Shown: positions 28,258-36,917 of the stretch, one piece after another
Numbering within the stretch: the first letter of the stretch is position 1
Layout of the letters: every line of letters begins with the position of its first letter
Assembly (NCBI GenBank): GCA_038063715.1
Contig: JBBTUO010000007.1
Location: 1,540-65,539, forward strand
Direction of reading: 5' to 3'
DNA: 64,000 nt
Source: Patescibacteria group bacterium
Lineage (GTDB): Bacteria; Patescibacteriota; Minisyncoccia; Phycocordibacterales; SIBU01
Made by a program: the position numbers and the translations under genes
The notes under the pieces: generated by a model
Databases searched by the model: none
The model's input: the letters and a program-made list of their open reading frames with translations, nothing else
What the model was told of the DNA's origin: nothing

Positions 28258-29130
28258 ATGAATACAAAAAACTATTTCGTAGCTCCGACAATTGCATTGC
28301 TTATATCCCTCTCTTTCTGGTTCACCGCCAATACCGCCAACGCCACCGTCGGTGGACCAACTTTCGTCCACTCTTTTTCCTACAATCCTGCCGATGAATC
28401 TGTGTACTACATTATGAACTCGCAGAACGGACGGGGTTGCCCACCCGAATTACTCAAACTCTCTTTGGCTTCAAATACTTCTCAAGTAGTGTACTCGTGC
28501 GACGAGGGCGAGAGTTTGATCCAAAACACCAACTACGATTTTGCACCCGTGAACGCCAAAATCAGCGACATCACGGAGGGATACAAACGTCTCATCCCAA
28601 TACATTTAAAAAATAATAATATTTCTGTCAGCGTTGATTTCCATGGGCTCGAGAATATTTCTCCGGAGGTCAGCGAGATAAAGAATGCGAAGTTTACCGT
28701 AAATATCTCTCAAGACAACAAAAAGCTCGCACCCATCCCCATCGTAGGCTGTAACAACGACCAACCCTTCACCCTTGCCGGCTATGCCATACCTGGATTT
28801 GAGAAAAAAATAATTATCCTCCTATCTACAAAAGGTGATTGCTGGGAAGGTGGCTATATTCGCGAAAGTCTCCATGTTGTCGGAGGAATAAGCGACTTGG
28901 ATAAAAATTACACCACCAACTACTACAAAGAAGCGTCCGCGCTGGTACCGAACGAAGGCACCTTAGTGGTCTCAGCCTCGGATGAATCTTCACCAAATCC
29001 TATTGCAACGAACACTCATGATACAGAGACGCCTCGTGAAAACGCCTCCGGTAACAGTATTTTATTTACTCTTGCGATTATTGTCTCTTTGATAATTGGC
29101 GGTGTGATCGGAAAGCGATACCTAAAATAA
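28258..29130 (+). CDS. Secreted/surface protein with C-terminal TM anchor
   Basis: Signal peptide (ANA-TVGG); C-terminal ILFTLAIIVSLIIGGVIG-KR. Confidence 0.75.
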   Translation: MNTKNYFVAPTIALLISLSFWFTANTANATVGGPTFVHSFSYNPADESVYYIMNSQNGRGCPPELLKLSLASNTSQVVYSCDEGESLIQNTNYDFAPVNAKISDITEGYKRLIPIHLKNNNISVSVDFHGLENISPEVSEIKNAKFTVNISQDNKKLAPIPIVGCNNDQPFTLAGYAIPGFEKKIIILLSTKGDCWEGGYIRESLHVVGGISDLDKNYTTNYYKEASALVPNEGTLVVSASDESSPNPIATNTHDTETPRENASGNSILFTLAIIVSLIIGGVIGKRYLK

Positions 29131-29152
29131 ATTTCACTGGTATTTTAACCCA

Positions 29153-29182
29153 CCAGCTACTTTAGTTAACTAAAGTAGCTGG
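29153..29182. repeat. 30-bp palindrome with ACTTTAGTTAACTAAAGT core
   Basis: CCAGCTACTTTAGTT|AACTAAAGTAGCTGG. Confidence 0.9.
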
Positions 29183-29214
29183 GGAATGAGTTTGTATTTA
29201 TTTTTTCCCGACTT

Positions 29215-29406
29215 TCCCAATTTTGCCCACGGTACTCCGTGGTTGCAACAATTGCGGACGTCGCACCCCTCTGTTTCCGCAGCGCGACGCAAACTTGAGA
29301 GAGCCCTGAGCAACTTAGGAAACAAGAAGCACCCCTTCGAGTATCACGAAGCGTGTACCCTTGTGGTGCAATTTTGCCCACGGTACCCCGTGGTTGCCAC
29401 AATTGA
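29215..29406 (+). repeat. REP-like hairpin repeat, copies 2 (29215-29298) and 3 (29369-29406)
   Basis: CAATTTTGCCCACGG-TACY-CCGTGGTTGCMACAATTG twice. Confidence 0.85.
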
Positions 29407-29530
29407 TCCCAGTTTTGTTTGCGAGCTTTGCCGTCATGCGACGACAGCTCGCCGATAGGAATCGGGCGGTTGTGAGTATCTACAAAACCTGAGGAGGCGA
29501 GTAATCTCGACGTGAACTAATTCGCACTAA

Positions 29531-30325
29531 CTACTTAATGTCTATTAGGACGGGGCAATGATCCGAACCCATGACTTCGGGGAGGATTTCAGCGGATTTG
29601 AGGCGGGGAAGGAGAGCGGGAGAAATCAGGACGTAGTCGATACGCCAGCCAACGTTGCGAGCGCGGGCGTTGGCAAAATGCGACCACCAGGTGTAGTGGC
29701 CATTGCCTTTTTTGAATTGACGAAAGGTGTCGATAAATCCGGCGTCAATAAATGCCTGAAAACCGGCCCGTTCTTCTTTGGTAAACCCCTTCAAACCTTC
29801 GTTTTCCTTTGGCCGAGCCAAATCATCCGGCGTGTGAGCGACATTTAAGTCGCCGCAGAAAATGACAGGCTTTTTCTTTTCCAAAAATTTACAATAGGCC
29901 AAAAATACCGGGTCCCATTGCTTGTGGCGAAGGGGGATTCGGCTTAAATCATCTTTCGCGTTCGGAGTATAAACCGTAACAACATAAAAATCTTTATACT
30001 CGGCGGCGATCACTCGGCCTTCGGTCAGTGGATCACCGTATTTGTCCGCGCCAAGTTTACATTTTTTGATAATCGCCTCAGGAAAACCATTTATAACTGA
30101 AAGCGGTTTTTCTTTGGTAAAAATCGCCGTTCCGGAATAACCTTTTTTCTCGGCGGAGTTCCAGTATTCAGTATATTCGGCCAAATCCACCTCCGACTGG
30201 TGCTCCTGCGCCTTTGTTTCCTGCAAACACAAAATATCCGGCTGATATTTTTCGATAAACGGCACAAAAAGCCCTTTTTTGTGCACCGCGCGAATGCCGT
30301 TGACGTTCCATGAGATGAGTTTCAT
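29531..30325 (-). CDS. xth: Exodeoxyribonuclease III / AP endonuclease
   Basis: ISWNVNGIRA, LCLQETK, GYSG, GDLNVAH, YTWWS, GWRIDY, GSDHCP. Confidence 0.97.
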   Translation of the reverse strand: MKLISWNVNGIRAVHKKGLFVPFIEKYQPDILCLQETKAQEHQSEVDLAEYTEYWNSAEKKGYSGTAIFTKEKPLSVINGFPEAIIKKCKLGADKYGDPLTEGRVIAAEYKDFYVVTVYTPNAKDDLSRIPLRHKQWDPVFLAYCKFLEKKKPVIFCGDLNVAHTPDDLARPKENEGLKGFTKEERAGFQAFIDAGFIDTFRQFKKGNGHYTWWSHFANARARNVGWRIDYVLISPALLPRLKSAEILPEVMGSDHCPVLIDIK

Positions 30326-30428
30326 GGGGAAAGTATAACAGAAGACATTGGACAGTAGTAGTTAGACATTAAAAAGAAGAAATGAAAAACCCGAGGCGAA
30401 CCTCGGGTCTGGAGAGAGATAGAGTCGA

Positions 30429-30731
30429 TTAGTGATCCGCGTAAGACGGCTGCGGCCGGCGCAATCTCTTAACGGGTTTCCAAGACTGACGCGAAACACA
30501 AAAACCAGCGCTCTTAATCAACTCCTCGATCAAGGGCCCATCCGTCTGGTGCCTGTAAAGCACAGTGAACGCGCCCGTCGAAGACACTTCGAAATCGCCA
30601 CCGGAAAACCGCTTTACCGAACCCGAAACGTGACCCAGAGCTACATCGAGAAGCTTGATATCTGGCGTGGCAGGTGGATTAAGGATGTCGCGATCGGTTG
30701 CCTTTCTGGGAAGAACCTGAAACTCGTTCAT
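30429..30731 (-). CDS. Hypothetical protein (stand-alone)
   Basis: 100-aa ORF; hairpin ACCCGAGG-CGAA-CCTCGGGT with T-tract on the minus strand at about 30384-30408. Confidence 0.55.
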   Translation of the reverse strand: MNEFQVLPRKATDRDILNPPATPDIKLLDVALGHVSGSVKRFSGGDFEVSSTGAFTVLYRHQTDGPLIEELIKSAGFCVSRQSWKPVKRLRRPQPSYADH

Positions 30732-30978
30732 AGTGTTGATGGATTGATTTTTTGCTGAAGATTGTTCTGGGCAGAAAACGTCGTGTCCTCTGCTTTCCGA
30801 ACATAACTATACAGGATTTAAGAGATTTAGCAAGTCTAAAAGGTAAGAAGCCCCCGAAAAGCCTTAAAATAAGGCTTTTCGGGGGCTTAGCGTGTATATC
30901 GTATAATATGCTTGACAAATAGCGTGATATATGATAAGATAGAAGAGTAAAGATTAGAAGACCTAAACATCCAAATTT

Positions 30979-31296
30979 ATGACACAATTACTTTCAACAT
31001 TAATAGCCGCGGCCCTCGGTTCAGTCCTCGTGGTCAACGGCGTGATGATCAACACTGACGACATCATCGCTCAAGCAAAAGCTTCAGTGAACGGCGTCAA
31101 TGTCCACCAGCTCGCAACGGTTATTGAATTGTATTATTTGGACCATGATTCTTATCCGACTGTTTCCGGCGGAGAGGCGCTCGTCAACGAGCTCGCGACC
31201 GAAGGATACATTCAGAGTCGTCCGCTTGATGCAAACTCATTCAACTACGAATCAAAACTTAGTGGCCAAGATTATTCTTTGACACTAGCGCAGTAA
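30979..31296 (+). CDS. Small protein with GspG/pseudopilin-like C-terminal domain
   Basis: N-terminal hydrophobic helix; QLATVIELYYLDHDSYP...L...YI..RPLD...FNY...YSL. Confidence 0.65.
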   Translation: MTQLLSTLIAAALGSVLVVNGVMINTDDIIAQAKASVNGVNVHQLATVIELYYLDHDSYPTVSGGEALVNELATEGYIQSRPLDANSFNYESKLSGQDYSLTLAQ

Positions 31297-31304
31297 ACAA
31301 AACA

Positions 31305-31345
31305 AAAAAGCCCCGGCCGACTTTCGTCGGCCGGGGCTTTTTTTT
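31305..31345. terminator. Bidirectional terminator
   Basis: AAAAAGCCCCGGCCGAC-TTTC-GTCGGCCGGGGCTTTTTTT. Confidence 0.85.
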
Positions 31346-31461
31346 GAATTCGTGAAAAGAAAATGCCCCGTTCCGATGTTTGCCCGTGCCGGCCCCAGGT
31401 CATCGGGGCGGTACGGGGCATCAGAACGGGGCAGAGTGCTTTTCAAAACGAAGAGACGAGG

Positions 31462-32217
31462 TCAGACCGTCGCGAGCGGCACAGTCTCGGCTGGAACCGA
31501 CGCTTGTGGCACTTCTTGTGGGTGATCTTTGACATACTTCATGTTCGCTCGGTCGAAATACGGATTCCAGACCCCCTCATGCACCTGAAGTTTCTCGCAG
31601 AGATTGATGATCGAGCGAAAGCGATCATCCAACTCGTCGATTCCCGACTTGTCATCGGGACAATCGCGCTGTTTGCAAACCAGCAGGAAGGTATTGAAGT
31701 CCAGAAACTTCCTGCAGGCGTCGCAAAACTGCTCATCGGTGACCCTGGCGATCATGAAGATGCCGTCGGGCAAGGTCGAGATGTCCACCCCTGGAAACAG
31801 GAGTCTCTTGAAGAATACGCTGTTCTTAATCAGCAAGGCGTCGAGCTCTTGCAGAGTTTTGACGAACGGCTGGGTGCTGGTCTCGTAACCGTAGATAGCG
31901 GCAAGAGCCACGGCGCTCAAACCCAAACCCACGACGATGCCCGTCCAGACAGAGGAGAAACCAATGCTCGCCAGCAGGAAAAAAAGAGCGAGCAGGGACA
32001 ACACGAGCATCAACAGCGCCTGCTGTGATCTATAGTAGTCTGACCGCAGATATTCGGCTGGGTCCCACACGGCACCGTTATACTGCGATCGCCAACCCCT
32101 CATCAAGATAGAGTTTGGGAGGAGGCAGTTGATGATGATTGCTCTCAAATGAACCTCCGAGAGGAAGTTCCTGGTTTGAACGAGTTGCATATACTGTCGA
32201 TGTGCTTTCTCCGTCAA
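31462..32217 (-). CDS. Hypothetical two-TM membrane protein (GC-richer); start uncertain
   Basis: Two hydrophobic helices LLMLVLSLLALFFLLASIGF and IVVGLGLSAVALAAIY. Confidence 0.6.
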   Translation of the reverse strand: MTEKAHRQYMQLVQTRNFLSEVHLRAIIINCLLPNSILMRGWRSQYNGAVWDPAEYLRSDYYRSQQALLMLVLSLLALFFLLASIGFSSVWTGIVVGLGLSAVALAAIYGYETSTQPFVKTLQELDALLIKNSVFFKRLLFPGVDISTLPDGIFMIARVTDEQFCDACRKFLDFNTFLLVCKQRDCPDDKSGIDELDDRFRSIINLCEKLQVHEGVWNPYFDRANMKYVKDHPQEVPQASVPAETVPLATV

Positions 32218-32393
32218 TGTGTTTCTTGGACTGAATGGGGGTTTGGGCCCATCGAACCGTTTTTGGGACGGCCGACGTTTTCATGGTTCCAAGTCAGAAA
32301 TAATGACGGATTATTTCTGATGTAGACACTATAACAAATTCCGGCTTATGTCAATTAAGCGTACGTGTTTTTGCAATAAACTCTCCAAGCTAT

Positions 32394-32439
32394 CCATATA
32401 CAGATATTACATGCGGTCGTGTATAATAGCTGTATATGG
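32394..32439. promoter_or_regulatory. Palindrome type 2 (36-bp core at 32399-32434) overlapping -10 (TATAAT 32422-32427) of PaaX/Cas2-like paralog 2
   Basis: TACAGATATTACATGCGG|TCGTGTATAATAGCTGTA. Confidence 0.85.
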
Positions 32440-33002
32440 GAAATCTTGAAAAAGATTCGCGAAGACGAACGCGCAAAGGAAATATTGAGCGGGCCGTTCT
32501 CAACACCGTTGCGGCGGCGGGAGTGTTGAGTGTTGCACTGCTTGCCCCCAACGCACTCAAAATGCTTGGGGTAAAAAACTGGGCCGGATGGAGCCGACAA
32601 AAAGAGGGGGTGGCGGAAGCGAGAAAGCGACTGATAAAAAATGGTTTGCTGGAATATAAAAATAATTCCCTGATGGTAACCGTAAAAGGGGAAGCGAAGT
32701 TGCGACATCTTGAACTGCTGAATTTCAGATATCCAAAACCGAAGCGATGGGACAAAAAGTGGCGCCTGCTAATTTTTGATATTGCTGAGAGTAAACGAAT
32801 ATTGAGAGATAAAGTCAGATTAACTTTGCAAGCAATTGGTTTTGTAAAACTGCAACACAGTGTTTGGGCATATCCCTATAATTGCGAAGACCTGATTGCG
32901 CTTTTGAAAACCGATTTTCGTGTCGGCACTGATCTCTTGTACATCATTGCCGACAACGTTGAAAACGACGCGGTGTTGAAAAAATATTTTGGGTTGCAGT
33001 AA
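32436..33002 (+). CDS. wHTH + Cas2-like (PaaX middle domain) protein, paralog 2
   Basis: LLAPNAL; VTVKGE; KPKRWDKKWRLLIFDIAE...GFVKLQHSVW..PYNCEDLIALLKTDF. Confidence 0.88.
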   Translation: MGNLEKDSRRRTRKGNIERAVLNTVAAAGVLSVALLAPNALKMLGVKNWAGWSRQKEGVAEARKRLIKNGLLEYKNNSLMVTVKGEAKLRHLELLNFRYPKPKRWDKKWRLLIFDIAESKRILRDKVRLTLQAIGFVKLQHSVWAYPYNCEDLIALLKTDFRVGTDLLYIIADNVENDAVLKKYFGLQ

Positions 33003-33087
33003 AAGGCACGTTCCAAGGTGTCGCGCGAACGGACAGGTAGAAACCGAGTAGAAGCTTGGATCTCTCTAAAAAACACAGAACTCCCCG

Positions 33088-33127
33088 TCTACAGACATTG
33101 CATGCGGTCGCATGTAATGTCTGTAGA
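33088..33127. repeat. 40-bp palindrome type 2 (36-bp core at 33090-33125) downstream of paralog 2
   Basis: TCTACAGACATTGCATGCGG|TCGCATGTAATGTCTGTAGA. Confidence 0.93.
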
Positions 33128-33256
33128 TGGGTGGGGGGGGTTGTAGCAGGGATAAGAGGTGTAGTAGGGACACTAGGCGTAACAAGGTAGAACGATTGTA
33201 GACAACTAGCGGGTAACAAAGACGGGGCGTTTTATTTTTTATTGTGGAAATCTCTT

Positions 33257-34174
33257 TTACCGTTTGCGATTATGGAAATTCTTATGAATCTCCCGCAGGC
33301 GGCTATCGGTAATATGCGTGTAAATCTGAGTGGTATTGATACTGGCGTGGCCGAGTAGCATTTGGACCGAGCGGATATCGGCGCCGTTAGAAAGAAGATC
33401 GGTGGCAAAGCAGTGGCGAATTACGTGTGGCGTCACTTTTTTGGAAATACCGGCCACAATCGCATAGTGCTTCACAAGCCTTTCTACTGATCGGCGAGTC
33501 AATCGCAAATCTTTTTTCGATGCCGGATCAACGCTTACCTGCACAAAAAGAGCGTCATCGACATCAGTGCGCTTGGCAACATACTGCTTGAGCGCCTGAC
33601 GAGCCGAGTCCGAAAGAAAGACCACCCGCACTTTTTCGCCCTTGCCTCGCACCGAAAATTCATCAGAACGCAGATCGAGGTCACGCGATAGGGAACAGAG
33701 CTCGGATACGCGGAGACCGGTTGAAAACAAAAGCTCCATGATAGCCCGATCACGAAGTGATTTTATGTCATCACCTTTCGGTGCATCCATCAATCTTCGC
33801 AGTTCATTTCCCGAAATGAGATCGAGTGCACGCTCAGAAGTTTTTGCCAGCTCAATATGTTCTGGCGAAATGGTTTTCACATCACGCTTAGCCAAATATT
33901 TCAAAAAAGCTCGCAAGGCGATTAGATAATAATTTTGGGTTTTCTTCTTGAGCGTGTCGCCGGTCGGCTTGTTGTTGCCGGTCGATTGGCGGTTGAGCCA
34001 GAGGCGATATTCGCGCAAAAGTTCATCCGTAATCTTGGCCGGATCGGTAATTTTGGCAAAAACTAGAAACCGCTTCAAGTAGTGGTCGTAATTTTCCACC
34101 GTTTTTACGCTTCGACCACGTTCGATTTCAATATATTCCAAAAATTCTTGTTTGAGAATCTTGAGGTCTTTCAT
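33257..34174 (-). CDS. xerC: XerC/XerD-family tyrosine recombinase
   Basis: TGLRVSEL, GKGEKVR, TPHVIRHCFATDLLSNGADIRSVQMLLGH...TTQIYTH; no integron-integrase insertion seen. Confidence 0.9.
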   Translation of the reverse strand: MKDLKILKQEFLEYIEIERGRSVKTVENYDHYLKRFLVFAKITDPAKITDELLREYRLWLNRQSTGNNKPTGDTLKKKTQNYYLIALRAFLKYLAKRDVKTISPEHIELAKTSERALDLISGNELRRLMDAPKGDDIKSLRDRAIMELLFSTGLRVSELCSLSRDLDLRSDEFSVRGKGEKVRVVFLSDSARQALKQYVAKRTDVDDALFVQVSVDPASKKDLRLTRRSVERLVKHYAIVAGISKKVTPHVIRHCFATDLLSNGADIRSVQMLLGHASINTTQIYTHITDSRLREIHKNFHNRKR

Positions 34175-34386
34175 TCATTCTATTATATCAAATGTCGCAC
34201 AATATTTTATCCAAAATGAGCATGGCGAGGCAGGAAGAGAAGGAGTATTGACATAAAACTACTTATATGCTAAGCTTCTTTTCGGCAATAAACAGAATGG
34301 CTCTTCGAAATAAGTAGGTTGCGTCGCCTCATAAGCGAGCAATGATCCTGCCTTTTCAGGAACCCGCCACTACAGACAACACCGCC

Positions 34387-34890
34387 ATGAGCACACAAAC
34401 CGCCGCAAAAACAGCCTCCCAGACCAAAAACCAGACGAAAGCCGCGCTCCTCGAGCAGATCGCGAGGCTGACCGCCGACCTCGGGACCGCGCAGAAAACC
34501 GTCACGGACACCAACACGCGGGTCCGCGAACTCGAGGCCTCGAATCGGGAACAGTATGCCGAGAATCGCCGGCTGACGGATGATCTCAAGCTCCAGACCA
34601 AAAAGTTCGAGGATCAGGCGAAACGCCACGCTGCCTGTCACGAACGGACGGCCATTCAACTCGCCGCGGGCCGCGCCGAGCAAGAGGGCGCCGCGAACGC
34701 GTTCAGTCGCTCGCTCGAAGTCGTCATCGCGAACCTGGGCAAGAAGGCGTCGTCGCCCAAGAGTAGCCTGTTCGGCGAGATGCCGGCGGGACTCGCACTC
34801 CTGATGAGCATGGCGGAAAGCGGCCCTTCGGCTGAAGACGCCTTCGCCGACCTGCGCCGGCATCTCGAGACCGCCGGTGGCGGCCACTAA
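34387..34890 (+). CDS. Coiled-coil hypothetical protein, high GC
   Basis: Heptad-rich LLEQIARLTADL...; promoter TTGACA-N17-TAAGCT at about 34248-34276; terminator at about 34916-34950. Confidence 0.65.
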   Translation: MSTQTAAKTASQTKNQTKAALLEQIARLTADLGTAQKTVTDTNTRVRELEASNREQYAENRRLTDDLKLQTKKFEDQAKRHAACHERTAIQLAAGRAEQEGAANAFSRSLEVVIANLGKKASSPKSSLFGEMPAGLALLMSMAESGPSAEDAFADLRRHLETAGGGH

Positions 34891-34948
34891 GCCGACGACA
34901 ACCTACAAACCTCACAGCCGCTCGACGCACGTCGAGCGGCTTTTTCTT

Positions 34949-34998
34949 CTCAATTTTTCTCACGGTACCCCGTGACTGAAAAATTGAGGACATCGCGC
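34949..34998 (+). repeat. REP-like hairpin repeat, copy 4
   Basis: CTCAATTTTTCTCACGG-TACC-CCGTGACTGAAAAATTGAGGACATCGC. Confidence 0.75.
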
Positions 34999-35115
34999 TT
35001 ACCGACTTCATACCTGGTGCGATGCAAACTAATTAGCTTTTAATCCTTTTAATTTTGTCGAAAGAAAAATGCCAGTTCCGGATTGCTCCGCGCTGGCATT
35101 TGAGAAGGAAATAGG

Positions 35116-35481
35116 TTACAGATCAAACAAAAGCTCGATCTCGGCTACCACACCTCTCTTTGGACATTTATAGCTACATCCTGCCTCCACAAGCTTTAGC
35201 GAAATTTCAGCACTGGTAGAAGAAGCGAGCATAGGACCAGTAAAACCAGCTGCCCGAAACTCATGGACCAGAGGAATCGTTGATACATCACCTGGCATAA
35301 ATCCGTCCATCACGATCAGCGCAAGGCCCGAGTTAGCGTGGAACATTATTCTTGCCTGTTCAATGGAAAACGCGTGAAGAAGGGCCACACGATCATCCAA
35401 AGCCCGACAATAGCCACTCTGAACAACCCGGTCATCCTCCACAATCAAAACTTTTTTCTTGTTCATAAGCTTGTGTTTCAA
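35116..35481 (-). CDS. Stand-alone response-regulator receiver (CheY-like) domain
   Basis: VLIVEDD, LIVMD, MLASS, AGCSYKCPK. Confidence 0.82.
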   Translation of the reverse strand: MKHKLMNKKKVLIVEDDRVVQSGYCRALDDRVALLHAFSIEQARIMFHANSGLALIVMDGFMPGDVSTIPLVHEFRAAGFTGPMLASSTSAEISLKLVEAGCSYKCPKRGVVAEIELLFDL

Positions 35482-35608
35482 TGATTTGCTGGCCCTATTA
35501 AGCCAAAAAACCCTAATTTATGCAAGTTTCAGGCCAAGATAGGCGAAAACCCAATTTATATAGAAAAGGCTTGCAAAATAGAGTGAGGTGTGATATCATT
35601 AACCCACA

Positions 35609-35878
35609 ATGCTTACAAAAACCAAGAAACAGCGAGCTATCAAGGTAGTTGCCATTCATGACAAAGATACAGGCTCATCAGAGGTTCAAATTGCTTTATT
35701 GACCAAGAAAATCGAAGCTCTAGCATCCCATCTCAAGAAAAACGCCAAGGACAAGCACTCACGCCGAGGTCTTCTCTCAATGGTTGCTGATCGCCAAACG
35801 CACATGAAGTATTTGGAGAACAAAAGCTCAAAGCGATACAATTCGGTTGTGAAAAAGCTTGAACTCAAGAAAGTTTAG
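35609..35878 (+). CDS. rpsO: 30S ribosomal protein S15
   Basis: HDKDTGSSEVQIALLT...HLK...KDKHSRRGLL. Confidence 0.98.
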   Translation: MLTKTKKQRAIKVVAIHDKDTGSSEVQIALLTKKIEALASHLKKNAKDKHSRRGLLSMVADRQTHMKYLENKSSKRYNSVVKKLELKKV

Positions 35879-36069
35879 AGTGGATTCAAGATTTTAAAAC
35901 TTTTCCCAGCACCTATTTTGCGGGAAATGACTTGTGATACAATAAAACCAGTGTAAGGTTTAATTTTTTATAATAAATACTATTTCATTTAGGTGAAATA
36001 GGTGCTGGATGATGATTTTGTAAAATTTCATCCTCGCAAAGCTCGATTTCAATTAACAAAATCAATCAT

Positions 36070-36639
36070 ATGGGAGTAATTAAACACAAAGAACAGAGAG
36101 TCGGGATTTTTATAGACACGCAAAATCTTTATCACACAGCACGCAATCTATACAATGCGCGAGTTAATTTCGGCCAAGTAGTCAAAGATGCTCTAGCGGG
36201 GCGCGCACTCATTCGAGCCGTCGCGTATGTAATCACGACAGAATCAGGAGATGAAAAAGGCTTTTTCGACGCACTTGAGAAAGTAGGGATCGAAGCAAAA
36301 ACCAAAGATTTACAGATTTTTGCCGGCGGTGCTAAAAAAGCCGACTGGGATGTAGGGCTTGCGGTGGATGCTATCAAACTCGCGCCAAAACTCGACGCGG
36401 TTATTTTAATATCAGGAGACGGCGACTTCGTACCGCTCGTTGAATACTTACAAGTACATGAAGGATGTCAGGTGGAGGTGGTCACATTCGGTAAATCAGC
36501 GTCGGGCCGCCTGAAAGAAGCGGCCGATGAATTTATTGACTTGGACGAAAATCCTCGCAAATATTTGATGGGCGGAGTAAACCAGAGAAGGGAACGCTCG
36601 ACACCTCGTCCAGCATCACGCCCAATCGCAAACGAATAA
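36070..36639 (+). CDS. NYN domain (LabA/DUF88) protein
   Basis: FIDTQNLY, KKADWDVGLAVD, SGDGDFVPLV, LKEAADEFIDL. Confidence 0.92.
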   Translation: MGVIKHKEQRVGIFIDTQNLYHTARNLYNARVNFGQVVKDALAGRALIRAVAYVITTESGDEKGFFDALEKVGIEAKTKDLQIFAGGAKKADWDVGLAVDAIKLAPKLDAVILISGDGDFVPLVEYLQVHEGCQVEVVTFGKSASGRLKEAADEFIDLDENPRKYLMGGVNQRRERSTPRPASRPIANE

Positions 36640-36917
36640 AACTCGCTCGCAACACTTCCCAAGAACACGGATAACCCCCGCCAGCGCGGGGTTTTCCTAT
36701 GCTCGTTTCGCCACAGTCAAGAGCCTTTCGCGAATACACTCAAGGTCATTGACTGACCAGCTGGCTCAACTCCGCAATGTTCATGGGAAGTGTTGCTCGC
36801 TCGACGATGAAAGAGGGAAAACGAGCGCAAGCCTTTTCCAAAACAACGCTCGCTCGTTAAGGAAAGAAAAAAGCCCCGACAAACTCGGGGCTTTAGACAT
36901 TGTGCGATCTATTTTTG

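Noticed and set aside
31363-32028. 221-aa plus-strand ORF, and 34270-34887 minus-strand ORF
   Set aside because: These are antisense shadows of GC-rich genes; TM or coiled-coil patterns and promoter/terminator positions support the opposite strands.
33257-34174. Integron integrase or prophage integrase
   Set aside because: It has typical XerC/D length and motifs with no IntI-specific insertion. I recognised no attC-like sites and there are no phage genes.
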